Shown in pieces: positions 17,957-28,702 of a stretch of DNA of 64,000 nucleotides. The stretch is from an uncultured delta proteobacterium (GTDB taxonomy: Bacteria; Myxococcota_A; Polyangia; Fen-1088). The stretch lies in assembly GCA_963737265.1 (NCBI GenBank), contig CAVTRY010000018.1, positions 160,001 to 224,000 on the forward strand, written 5' to 3'. Within the stretch, counting starts at the first letter, position 1, and every line of letters begins with the position of its first letter. The notes under the pieces are model-generated. The model was not told where the DNA came from and did no database searches. It saw only the letters and a program-made list of their open reading frames with translations. A program made the position numbers and the translations under genes.

Positions 17957-20900
17957 ATGAGGATAAAGCGGCTCGAAATCTGTGGCTTCAAGTCGTTCGT
18001 CGACCGAACAGTATTGACTTTCGATGACCCGATCACGGGCGTGGTCGGTCCCAACGGCTGTGGCAAGTCCAATATCGTGGACGCAATTCGTTGGGTCATG
18101 GGCGAGCAGTCAGCCAAACATCTGCGCGGCCGGGCGATGGAGGACGTTATTTTCAACGGCTCCGAGTCGCGCGGCCCCGCGGGGATGGCGGAAGTCTCCA
18201 TCACCTTTGATGCGGGATCGCTGGCAAGTGATGCTGCGCCCGGTGGGGTTCCGTGGGGAGCCGCGGGTCCGGCCGATGTCGTGGTGACGCGCCGGCTGTA
18301 TCGCGGCGGAGAGAGCGACTACCTGCTGGGTGGCGTCCCATGCCGCTTGCGGGACATCGTGGAGTTCTTTCTCGGAACGGGTGTTGGCTCGAAGGCTTAC
18401 GCCATCATCGAGCAGGGGCGCATCGGTTTCATCGTTTCATCCCGACCCGAGGACCGTCGTACCCTCATCGACGAGGCAGCGGGCATCACCAAGTACAAGG
18501 CGAAGAAGAAAATCGCCGAACGCCGGATGGACGCCACCCGCCAGCACCTGCTACGCGTGACGGACATCATTGGCGAGATCGAAACTCGACTACGTTCATT
18601 GAAGCTCCAGGCGCAGAAAGCCGAGCGCTACAAGCGCTACAAGGGAGAGCTCAAAGACCTTGAGTTGTGCGTTGCCGCGCAGAAGCACCTTGGCTTGATT
18701 GCCGAGCAGAAGTACCTGGTGGACGCGCATGCCGACCTTGAGGCGCGCCATTCGGATGCCACGAGCGCGCTGCGCATCGAAGAGACGACGGTCGAAGCCG
18801 AACGGCTGACGCTTTCGCAGGATTTGGCCGAGCTGTCCGCGGCCAAAGACGCCTTGTTCGCCCTCGACAACAGGGCCCAGCTGTCGGCCCAACGTGCCGA
18901 ACACTACCAGGACGAGTCTTCCATGCTCGTCACCCGTGCCGAGCACGCTCGGCGCGAGAGCGAGGCGCTGGCTCGGCGGGCGGCGCAAGATGCGGAGTCC
19001 CTGGCGTCGGTCGAGAGCCAGGTTACGATGCTCGACGAAGAGGCCGACGCTCGTGCCGGCGCCCTCGAGGAGATGGAACGGACGTGCGCCGAATCCCGGA
19101 CCGAATTGGCGTTTGCGCGCCGGAACCTCGAACAATCCACGGCAGGCGTGGCGTCGGCGCAAACGCGCATCGCGCGGCTCGAATCCGACATCGAATCCGC
19201 TCGCGTGCGGGCGCAGGATCTCGCGCACCGTTTGGAGGATGTGTCGCATGACGATGCCACCTCGCTTGAGCAGCTGGAGCGCATGACGGCTGAATCCGCG
19301 CAAGTCGAGGAGTACGTGGCCGAGCTGCAGACACGAGCCATCCAGCTCGTGGAGCAGAAGGCACAAGCCGAAGACTCGGTCGTCCGCCTGCGCGGCGAGG
19401 TCGCCCGCGGCGAAATCGAGCTCGAGACTTTGCGGGAAGAGGCCCACCGCCGGCGCTCCCGTTTGCAGTCGCTGGCTGAGATCCAGGACCGCTACGAGAG
19501 TTTCCAGCGCGGCGTACGCGCGATCATGCAGAAAGTGCGTGAATCGAATGCGCTGGGCGCCAACGGGATAGGCGAGAACGGGGCTTGGACGACCCACGGG
19601 GTGCGCGGCCTGGTCGCGGACATCGTCCAGCCACCACCCGAGCTCGAGACGGCGCTTGAAGCGGTGCTGGGAGAGCGGCTTGGCAATATCATCGTCGAAT
19701 CCCACGAAGTTGGGGTCGAAGCCATCGACTTCCTCAAGCAGCGCAGCGAGGGCCGTTCGAGCTTCATCCCGATCTCGTTGCGTTCCGGGAGTCGCGCGAG
19801 TGGCGCGAGTGGATCGACCGAAGGTACGGTCGTCTACGACGCCATGGGCGGAGTCTCGGTCGATGCCGACGCAGCGTTCGTTCCGGTGGCGGCGGATTGG
19901 CCACGGGGCGAGGGCGTGCGCGGGCCGATGCTGGAGCTCATCGGTTTCGACCGACACTACGATCGTGTCGCGGCCTATCTGCTTGGCGACGTCATCGTCG
20001 TCGAGGATCTGCGCAAGGCCCTGGAGTTGTGGCGGCAGACCAAGACCGAGAAGACGCTGGTCACCCTGGATGGCGAGGTCATCGATCCCCATGGCGTCGT
20101 GACCGGCGGCTCACGCGAATCCGCGGTCGCCGGTGTGCTGTCGCAAAAGCGCGAAATGCGCGAGCTCGAAGAGGTCGTGGCCCGACTTGAGCTGGACTAC
20201 CAGGCGGCGCTAGGGCGGCACGTCAGCAACAAGCAGGCGCTGGCGGAGGTATCGGGCACATTGGATGAGACCGTCGCCGGCATCCGCCGCGACGAGCTGG
20301 ATCTTGCAGCGCAGAAGAAGGACGCCGATCGGCTGGCGCGCGAGCGCGCGCAGGGGGAGGCGCGACGGGCGCAACTTGGCGGCACGCTCGAGAACTTGCA
20401 CAGCGCTACTAGCCAGAACCAAGCTCGCCTAGCAGAAGCGACATCGCAGCTGGTCACCGAGCAAGAGTTAGCCATCAACCACGAGGCGACCGCCGAAGGG
20501 CTGCGGACTCAAGTTGTGACGCTGGCGGAAAAGGTGGACGCCCTTCTCGGCGAGCTATCGACCGTGAAGGTGTCGGCGGCACAGGCCAGTGACCGAAAAC
20601 GGACCGCGCGTGAGATCATGGAGAGGCTGCGCCGCGAGATTGGCGAACACGCTGAGAGGCGTACCCAGCTCGACCAGGACGCGACCACCGATCTCACGCG
20701 TGCGGAGACTCTGCGCGCGGAGGCCGAACAACTTCGTCAAGAGGCTTCGCTGCTGCAGACCGAGCTGTCGGAGCGAACGCGCGCCTACACCGAGCGCCAG
20801 GGCACCGTGGAAGAGCGAAGCGGTGCGCTCGCTCGGCGCGATGCCGACCTCAAGACCACCAGGGCGGGCGTTGCCCGCCTGGCGCAGGATCTGGCCGCGC

Positions 20901-21754
20901 TCGACCTGCGCTGCCAGCAGGTTGCCATGCGACTCGAAGCGCTCGACGAACAGTTGCGCGAACGCTATTCGGACATCGGCAAGGTCGCGAATGTTTTGCC
21001 GGACTTCCATCTTCGCCTGCTCGCGGGCGAGGCCGAAGAGGGTCGCATCCGCGAGTTGCGCGGCATCGTCGAACGCATGGGCGACATCAATCTCACCGCC
21101 ATAGAGGAATCCGCGGAGCTCCAGCAACGCTACGATTTCCTCACGGCGCAGAAGGCGGATCTCGAATCGGCCATGAGCCGCCTCGAAACCGCCATCGACA
21201 AGATCAACCGTGCTTCGCGCAAGCGATTCCGCGAGGTCTTCGACACCGTGAATACGAAATTCCAGGAGGTGTTTCCGCATCTGTTCGGCGGCGGCAAAGC
21301 GCACCTCGCCCTGACCGACGAGAGCGACATGCTCGAGACCGGTGTCGAGATCGTGGCCAACCCGCCCGGCAAGAAGATGTTGCAGAACATCGAGCTGCTC
21401 TCGGGCGGAGAGAAGGCGCTGACGGCTGTGTCGCTTCTGTTTGCGATTTTCTTGGTCAAGCCGTCGCCCTTCTGCGTCCTCGACGAAGTCGATGCGCCGC
21501 TCGACGAAGCGAACGTCGGTCGTTTCAACCACGCTGTGCGCGAAATGACCGCGCATTCGCAGTTCATCATTGTCACGCACAACCAGCGCACGATGGAGAT
21601 TGCCGACCGGTTGTGCGGCATCACCATGGAAGAATCTGGCGTTTCCAAGCTTGTCGCCGTGAACCTGCGCGGCAGGAGTCGATCGCGCGCGCCGGAAGAA
21701 CCGCCGCAATCGATTCTTGCGTCCGGTGGCTTTGGACAGCCGGCATTAGCCTGA
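17957..21754 (+). CDS. smc: Chromosome segregation protein SMC
   Basis: GFKSF, GPNGCGKSN, coiled coils, hinge, LSGGEK, LDEVDAPLD. Confidence 0.97.
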   Translation: MRIKRLEICGFKSFVDRTVLTFDDPITGVVGPNGCGKSNIVDAIRWVMGEQSAKHLRGRAMEDVIFNGSESRGPAGMAEVSITFDAGSLASDAAPGGVPWGAAGPADVVVTRRLYRGGESDYLLGGVPCRLRDIVEFFLGTGVGSKAYAIIEQGRIGFIVSSRPEDRRTLIDEAAGITKYKAKKKIAERRMDATRQHLLRVTDIIGEIETRLRSLKLQAQKAERYKRYKGELKDLELCVAAQKHLGLIAEQKYLVDAHADLEARHSDATSALRIEETTVEAERLTLSQDLAELSAAKDALFALDNRAQLSAQRAEHYQDESSMLVTRAEHARRESEALARRAAQDAESLASVESQVTMLDEEADARAGALEEMERTCAESRTELAFARRNLEQSTAGVASAQTRIARLESDIESARVRAQDLAHRLEDVSHDDATSLEQLERMTAESAQVEEYVAELQTRAIQLVEQKAQAEDSVVRLRGEVARGEIELETLREEAHRRRSRLQSLAEIQDRYESFQRGVRAIMQKVRESNALGANGIGENGAWTTHGVRGLVADIVQPPPELETALEAVLGERLGNIIVESHEVGVEAIDFLKQRSEGRSSFIPISLRSGSRASGASGSTEGTVVYDAMGGVSVDADAAFVPVAADWPRGEGVRGPMLELIGFDRHYDRVAAYLLGDVIVVEDLRKALELWRQTKTEKTLVTLDGEVIDPHGVVTGGSRESAVAGVLSQKREMRELEEVVARLELDYQAALGRHVSNKQALAEVSGTLDETVAGIRRDELDLAAQKKDADRLARERAQGEARRAQLGGTLENLHSATSQNQARLAEATSQLVTEQELAINHEATAEGLRTQVVTLAEKVDALLGELSTVKVSAAQASDRKRTAREIMERLRREIGEHAERRTQLDQDATTDLTRAETLRAEAEQLRQEASLLQTELSERTRAYTERQGTVEERSGALARRDADLKTTRAGVARLAQDLAALDLRCQQVAMRLEALDEQLRERYSDIGKVANVLPDFHLRLLAGEAEEGRIRELRGIVERMGDINLTAIEESAELQQRYDFLTAQKADLESAMSRLETAIDKINRASRKRFREVFDTVNTKFQEVFPHLFGGGKAHLALTDESDMLETGVEIVANPPGKKMLQNIELLSGGEKALTAVSLLFAIFLVKPSPFCVLDEVDAPLDEANVGRFNHAVREMTAHSQFIIVTHNQRTMEIADRLCGITMEESGVSKLVAVNLRGRSRSRAPEEPPQSILASGGFGQPALA

Positions 21755-21795
21755 CCCAGGCGTGCTCGTGTTAGGTTCCGACAGATTCGTGTCGG

Positions 21796-23010
21796 TCACG
21801 GAATCAGAATCGTCGGAATCGCAACCTGGCAGTTGCCGAGCACGGTGAGCCACTTGAGGGTGTTGACCCAGAAAAGCTGCACTTGGTAGTCGGGATGGCT
21901 GGTCCACTCGCTGTTATAGGTAATCCATTCGTCGCCCCAAACGTCCACATGGCCCTTCCCCACTTGCATGGCCTCGCCAACCCGGAAGCTTTCTGCCGGG
22001 TCCGCGGCAGCGGAGCCCATCGCGTACACCGTGAAATTGGATCCCGCGGCTGGACTGGCGGGTCCGCTGACCTCGTAACCGTTGTCGAAGCCCACCGCGG
22101 TGACTCCTGCGGTGATGGGGTGGGTCGCGAACTGCGTAATCGGGACCGAGGTGGCGGCGCCGTTTCTATTTAGTATCTGCGTCTCGCCATAGCTCATTCC
22201 GAAAGGGGCCAGAAGAGCGTTCACATTTACGTTGTCTACCGGAGGATTGGCATAACCCGTCAGGGTCATTAGACCGCCACCGTTGTTTACCCATTCGGAC
22301 AGCACCTGCACCTCTGCTGCGGAGTAGGCCCGGCCCCCTCCGTTCTGATAGACGTCCTGCACCACGATGATGTTGAAAGGATCGATGAGGGTGTGCGTGA
22401 GCACCTGGCTTCCGAGACTCGTTGCGCCGTTGGGGGTTCGCGCAGCGAGCCAGGCACCGAAGACATTACCCTGGCCCCACGTTCCGGGGACGCCCAAGGT
22501 CGCAATGTTGATGCAGTCGCAGATTCCGTCGTTGTTGGCATCGACGTCGTCGACGATGCCGTTGCAATCGTTGTCCTTGCCGTCGCAAACCTCGGGCGTG
22601 GGCGTGCACTGGCAAACGTTGCTGCTCTGCCCGCTCATCGAGCCGCAGGTCCAACCGCTGATGCAGTCCGAATCCCCCGAGCACGGCGTGGAGCACACGC
22701 TCGCGCCGTTGCTTAGCGGGACGCAGATCCCGCCCGGACAACCCGATCCGTCCGAGCATGCGTTGGCCATGGTGCCGCCGCCGCTCGAGCTGGAGCTCGG
22801 CGATCCGCCGGCGGCGCCACCCGCCGGAGGGATGGTGATGGTCACGGCCCCGCCCGAACCGCCGGCGCCGGAAACCACGTTGCTTCCGCCGCCACTGGGA
22901 CCGGAGGCAGCAACCGTGACCGATGCGCTGCTGCAAGCCAGAACCAGAAAGCCTGGCGCGACCAAGAGTGCCAACATCCGATAGTCCAACGCCTTGCGAG
23001 AACAGCCCAT
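21796..23010 (-). CDS. Lipoprotein with Cys-rich repeats, putative metal-binding motif and C-terminal alpha/beta domain
   Basis: Lipobox VLA-C, Gly/Ser linker, CxxDxxC repeats, PEVCDGKDNDCNGIVDD, WVNNGGGLM, HPITAGV. Confidence 0.7.
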   Translation of the reverse strand: MGCSRKALDYRMLALLVAPGFLVLACSSASVTVAASGPSGGGSNVVSGAGGSGGAVTITIPPAGGAAGGSPSSSSSGGGTMANACSDGSGCPGGICVPLSNGASVCSTPCSGDSDCISGWTCGSMSGQSSNVCQCTPTPEVCDGKDNDCNGIVDDVDANNDGICDCINIATLGVPGTWGQGNVFGAWLAARTPNGATSLGSQVLTHTLIDPFNIIVVQDVYQNGGGRAYSAAEVQVLSEWVNNGGGLMTLTGYANPPVDNVNVNALLAPFGMSYGETQILNRNGAATSVPITQFATHPITAGVTAVGFDNGYEVSGPASPAAGSNFTVYAMGSAAADPAESFRVGEAMQVGKGHVDVWGDEWITYNSEWTSHPDYQVQLFWVNTLKWLTVLGNCQVAIPTILIP

Positions 23011-23143
23011 GGTACATCCTTTTTCGTGTCAACTGCCTTGTTCGGCGCGATTCGGCGAATGCCAAAGATCCAAGAGGTCAACGCAACGCCAAACGTCCAG
23101 CCAACCAGTCTATCATGGTTAATCGGGCGTCGTCATGGCGCCC

Positions 23144-23152
23144 GGGCACTCC
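23144..23152 (+). repeat. Left 9-bp target-site duplication GGGCACTCC
   Basis: Identical to 23717-23725. Both copies abut the terminal inverted repeats. Confidence 0.85.
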
Positions 23153-23716
23153 GGGTGCTTCCCTGAAATGGGGGCTGGGGCTTCACCTCGCTGGGATCGG
23201 AAGGAAAGACAGCGAGGAACGGAGGATCCGAGGGATCAAGGGTTGGGTTCACGAGGCGGCGGAGACCCTCGCGAAGTACGGGGACGTGGAAACGAGCAGG
23301 CCAACCGGCAGTCGTAGGAGCTTGAGATAGGTAATGACCTGTGCCAAGTGGACAGGAAGCAACCGTTCTACCGCCTTGACTTCGACCACCAAACGGCCTT
23401 CCACCACGAGGTCGAGGCGATAGCCGCAGTCAAGGTCAAGTCCTTTGTACTGCAGAGGAATCGCGACCTGGTGTTGAGTGCGAAATCCACGCAGGCCTAG
23501 CTCGCGCGCCAGGCAGTGCTCGTAGGCCGACTCAAGCAGCCCCGGACCGAGGTGACGGTGGACTTCGATGCAGGCGGCGATAATTTGCCCAGTAAAGTTA
23601 TGCTGTCTCTGATTCTCCGTTCCTCCCTGTTCCATATCTGCGTTTTCGGCGGCACTCCGCCAGAAGTTGCTACCTCACCGAGCCGCCGGCTGGGCCCCCG
23701 TTTCAGGGATGCACCC
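23153..23716. mobile_element. 564-bp non-autonomous TIR element carrying a GxxExxY gene
   Basis: TIRs 23153-23175 and 23694-23716 match 21/23. Flanked by a 9-bp direct repeat. Inner IRs 23209-23232 and 23607-23630 match 21/24. No DDE transposase. Confidence 0.8.
23249..23635 (-). CDS. GxxExxY protein (PD-(D/E)XK nuclease superfamily), frameshifted near the C-terminus
   Basis: EVHRHLGPGLLESAY, RLDLVVE..VVEVKA, HLAQVITYLK. The family-like tail FHVPVLREGLRRLV lies in another frame after ~23291. Confidence 0.9.
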   Translation of the reverse strand: MEQGGTENQRQHNFTGQIIAACIEVHRHLGPGLLESAYEHCLARELGLRGFRTQHQVAIPLQYKGLDLDCGYRLDLVVEGRLVVEVKAVERLLPVHLAQVITYLKLLRLPVGLLVSTSPYFARVSAAS

Positions 23717-23725
23717 GGGCACTCC
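23717..23725 (+). repeat. Right 9-bp target-site duplication GGGCACTCC
   Basis: Identical to 23144-23152. Confidence 0.85.
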
Positions 23726-23908
23726 GATGATGGCGATCCATAATCCCGCGCTAAGCGCAGCGATGCCACGAGTCAATCGTTTGAGCTCCGCGCCCTCGAT
23801 GAATTTCCGTGCGGCATGCCGCATGGGTTGGTAAAGGAATCTGCGGTGGTGTCACGGGTTGCGCTGCGACGGATCCCTGCCAGGCGTGGCCCGCCAAGAA
23901 GGAGCGAG

Positions 23909-24397
23909 ATGAGGAAGACGATCGCGCTAGTGGGATGGATTCTCTTCTGCGTCAGCGGCTGTCGGTGCCATGCGACCTTTGCCGACAAATTCCAACCTGC
24001 CCAGCCCATCGCGACGGTGATAGTCGAAAAGGAACGAGCTGGCTTGAGACACGCTCGCATCTTGATTGAAGGCGAGAAGATCGCGAGCGTGCATCTTCAC
24101 GGCTGGCGATATCTCGCTGCGCTAAGGAAGCTTGACACCAGCCTCTGTCCGGAAAAGTTTCGGCTCGCCTGGTCTAATTATATCTCGGCTTGGGATCAGA
24201 AACTAAAGCAGGAACATGCAACTGAGGAGACCCTCGATGCCGTGTCCATGTGGAAAGGCACCTTTGACGATCTGCCGGCAACTTCGCGGCGGATTGAGCC
24301 CTACGACACAGATGGAGCCTGGCAACAATGTGAACGCGTCGCCTTGGAATACGGGATCGATCCTTCGAAATTGAGCATCTCGCCAGACCGACGTTGA
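23909..24397 (+). CDS. Hypothetical exported protein or lipoprotein
   Basis: SD AAGGAG. Signal-like MRKTIALVGWILFCVSG-C. Confidence 0.6.
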   Translation: MRKTIALVGWILFCVSGCRCHATFADKFQPAQPIATVIVEKERAGLRHARILIEGEKIASVHLHGWRYLAALRKLDTSLCPEKFRLAWSNYISAWDQKLKQEHATEETLDAVSMWKGTFDDLPATSRRIEPYDTDGAWQQCERVALEYGIDPSKLSISPDRR

Positions 24398-24477
24398 TGG
24401 AGCGAAGCTGAGCCGCTCGCCCCGCCTCGGCGCGGGGAGAGTCGTGAGGCAACCCATCTGCAAATGGTCGCGCGGGG

Positions 24478-24506
24478 TTGACGGCTTCGCACTCTATCAA
24501 TACACT
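24478..24506 (+). promoter_or_regulatory. Sigma70-type promoter for the ferredoxin gene
   Basis: TTGACG-N17-TACACT. Confidence 0.65.
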
Positions 24507-24565
24507 CACGAATTCTCGGACGGGCTCCGCGTTCGCGGTCACACCGTCCCCTTGAAAGGAGCATC

Positions 24566-24871
24566 ATGGCTACCCACATCACCGACGAATGCATCAACTG
24601 CGGCGCTTGCGAGCCCGAGTGCCCGAACGACGCTATCAGCGAGGGCGATAGCAAGTACGTGATCGACGCGGCCCGCTGCAGCGAGTGCGTAGGATTCTTT
24701 GACCACGAGGCTTGCCAATCGGTTTGCCCGGTCGAGTGCTGCGTTCCCGATCCTAGCAACAAGGAAACCGAGGAAGTTCTTCTCGGACGTGCCAAGCAGC
24801 TTCACGCGGACAAGAACCTGCCGGACTTGGCCGCCTTGCCTGCAAATCTCTCCCGCTTCCGCAAGGCATAG
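24566..24871 (+). CDS. YfhL-family 2[4Fe-4S] ferredoxin
   Basis: CINCGACEPECP, CSECVG...CQSVCPVECC. SD AAAGGAG. Confidence 0.93.
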   Translation: MATHITDECINCGACEPECPNDAISEGDSKYVIDAARCSECVGFFDHEACQSVCPVECCVPDPSNKETEEVLLGRAKQLHADKNLPDLAALPANLSRFRKA

Positions 24872-24899
24872 TTTCTAAGAAGTTGCGACCCAAGAGCTT

Positions 24900-25011
24900 T
24901 GAAGAACTGTCCAAAAATTGGATAGTTCTTCAGCAGCCGAGCCAAGGGCGCGGCCGCAGGTGGGGTGAAGTCCGCGAATTTACTTCGCGGACGAGGGGAG
25001 GGCCGCCGCCC
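24900..25011. repeat. Cluster of hairpins between convergent genes (terminator or REP/MITE-like)
   Basis: 15-bp stem 24900-24914/24918-24932. 9-bp stem 24970-24978/24984-24992 nested in a GC stem 24946-24955/25001-25011. Confidence 0.55.
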
Positions 25012-25044
25012 ACCCTTTAACAATCTTGAGTCGCCACGAGCGGT

Positions 25045-25944
25045 TCAGGGGCTTTGGTCGTTTCCGGTGAGCAAGTCGAAATGCACCTCCACTTTGTGAA
25101 GGCTGGCAAGCGCCGTCGAGAAATCAAGGAAACGCTGCTTGCGCCAATATTCGAAGTACCCCGCGCGCAAGCCATCGCGAGCCTGTTCGAAGCTGACGTT
25201 CTCGGGCGGGCGTTCCGAGATATAGCGGGCGACGAAGAAACCATCCTCGTCCGCGATCATCGAAGTCGTGTCGCCGGGGGCACGCAGTTTCGCGACTTGG
25301 CCGCCGACAGCTTTTGACAGCGGGCGGTCCAGTCCTTGAAGGAAGCGCGCGAAGACAACCTGCCGCGATGACCATCTGCCGTCGCTGGCGACGGTGGCGA
25401 ACTCGTCCAAGGTCTTGGGTGGGTGTTCCGCCAGAAAGGCGGCGAGATCCCGCGCGGTGTCGGTGCGCGCCTTACGCGGCGACTCCTTCATGAGGGCGCC
25501 GGTGTAGATGGCAAGAACACCGATCTCAACCAGCCTGGAATGAACAAATCTGTCCCGAGACTTGGCGTAAATGGGACGAAGGACGGAGTCTGGCATGGCC
25601 TCGGGACGCAGGGTAGGTTCCAGTTCCTTTTCCAGTAGACGCTGGACGAGGGTGCTTGCGACGTCGGCGTCGGAGCTATCCGCTGGCTTGAGTCCGGAGC
25701 CCCGAGCGCGCTCGGCGAGGAGGTTGAATTCGACCAAATCTCCCAAGGCGTTCCGCGCTGATTTGTCCGTCCGCTTCGCCACCGCCAGCACCTGCTTCGC
25801 GAAGATCGGGACGCCGCCAACCCTGGCCACGACCGCGCCGAGATCCGAAGCCGGCGAGGGCAGCCAACTCGTCGCGGTAGGCTGCCGCGGCGAGGAACAG
25901 CTCCCAAGCCAGAGCATCAGGAAGACTGGGCTGCAATACCTCAC
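25045..25944 (-). CDS. Parvulin/SurA-PrsA-like peptidyl-prolyl isomerase lipoprotein
   Basis: Lipobox LGS-C, VVARVGGVPI, LV..NLLAERAR..GL, SFEQARDGL. Confidence 0.65.
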   Translation of the reverse strand: MRYCSPVFLMLWLGSCSSPRQPTATSWLPSPASDLGAVVARVGGVPIFAKQVLAVAKRTDKSARNALGDLVEFNLLAERARGSGLKPADSSDADVASTLVQRLLEKELEPTLRPEAMPDSVLRPIYAKSRDRFVHSRLVEIGVLAIYTGALMKESPRKARTDTARDLAAFLAEHPPKTLDEFATVASDGRWSSRQVVFARFLQGLDRPLSKAVGGQVAKLRAPGDTTSMIADEDGFFVARYISERPPENVSFEQARDGLRAGYFEYWRKQRFLDFSTALASLHKVEVHFDLLTGNDQSP

Positions 25945-26038
25945 GCTGCGATGGTATCAGAAGGACAATCTCGACGGCGAGAGGCGTAGCGATGAAGCGT
26001 GGAAATAGGGGGTGCAGGCTGATAGGTTCGTGGTCTGA

Positions 26039-26719
26039 ATGACACCTTCCAAAACCTTTGTCGTTGCCATCGACGGTCCGGCCGGCGCCGGCAAGTCGAC
26101 CGTTGCGCGTGCCCTCGCCAACCGACTCGGCTACACCTTCTTGGACACCGGCGCCCTGTATCGAACGGTCGCGCTGGTAGCAAGCGAGAAGGAGATTTCC
26201 TGGGATGACAGTGTCCGGCTGGGCGATCTTACCCGCGGGCTGGAAATCGTGTTGGTCAGCGAGGGGCAGCGAACCAGGGTTCTGGCTAATGGGAAGGAAG
26301 TGACGGACGAGATCCGTGCGTCGGAAATATCCGACGGCGCCTCCCGGGTGTCGGCTCTTCCCGAGGTGAGGTCCGGGCTCCTCGACTTACAGCGGCGGGT
26401 GGCGAGCCAGGCCAGCGTGGTGGCGGAAGGGCGGGACGTCGGTACGGTGGTCTTCCCCGCTGCGCAGGCGAAGTTCTTCCTCAGCGCCGACGCCGAGACA
26501 CGCGCCCAACGCAGAACGTTGGAGCTGCTGGCCGCCGGCCGCCCCGCGGTGCTCGGAGCGGTCCTGGCTGAAATGCTCCAGCGCGACGCCCGCGATAGCA
26601 GTCGTGCTGCGGCCCCTTTGCGCCGCGCCGAAGACGCGGTCGAGATAGATTCGTCGGGACTGACGCCGGAAGAAGTTGTCGGCCGCATGATTGCAATTGT
26701 CCGGGCTCGTGGTGGCTAG
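26039..26719 (+). CDS. cmk: Cytidylate kinase
   Basis: VAIDGPAGAGKST, LDTGALYR, EGRDVGTVVFP. Confidence 0.96.
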   Translation: MTPSKTFVVAIDGPAGAGKSTVARALANRLGYTFLDTGALYRTVALVASEKEISWDDSVRLGDLTRGLEIVLVSEGQRTRVLANGKEVTDEIRASEISDGASRVSALPEVRSGLLDLQRRVASQASVVAEGRDVGTVVFPAAQAKFFLSADAETRAQRRTLELLAAGRPAVLGAVLAEMLQRDARDSSRAAAPLRRAEDAVEIDSSGLTPEEVVGRMIAIVRARGG

Positions 26720-26769
26720 CTCCAACGCGCCGTCCATGCAAGACTTGAAAGTTGCCCGTGTCGCATCCG

Positions 26770-26798
26770 TTGACATGGACATTCCACAGAGGTAGCTT
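26770..26798 (+). promoter_or_regulatory. Sigma70-type promoter upstream of rpsA
   Basis: TTGACA-N17-TAGCTT. Confidence 0.6.
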
Positions 26799-26933
26799 TC
26801 GCCGCCCTTCGCTCATCCTGATGGTCAGGATTGGCGACATTGAAAAACACGTGCCGGGCTGCGCTTAGGGCGTTGCTGCAATCCGGACCAGCCGGCTGTC
26901 AAAGCCGCGTTGCTAGAGCTACAAAGGATCCTC

Positions 26934-28658
<1,725 letters not shown>

Positions 28659-28702
28659 ATTCTGGCGCACTGGAAGACACGGCCTGGTCGGGCTTGGCTC
28701 GG

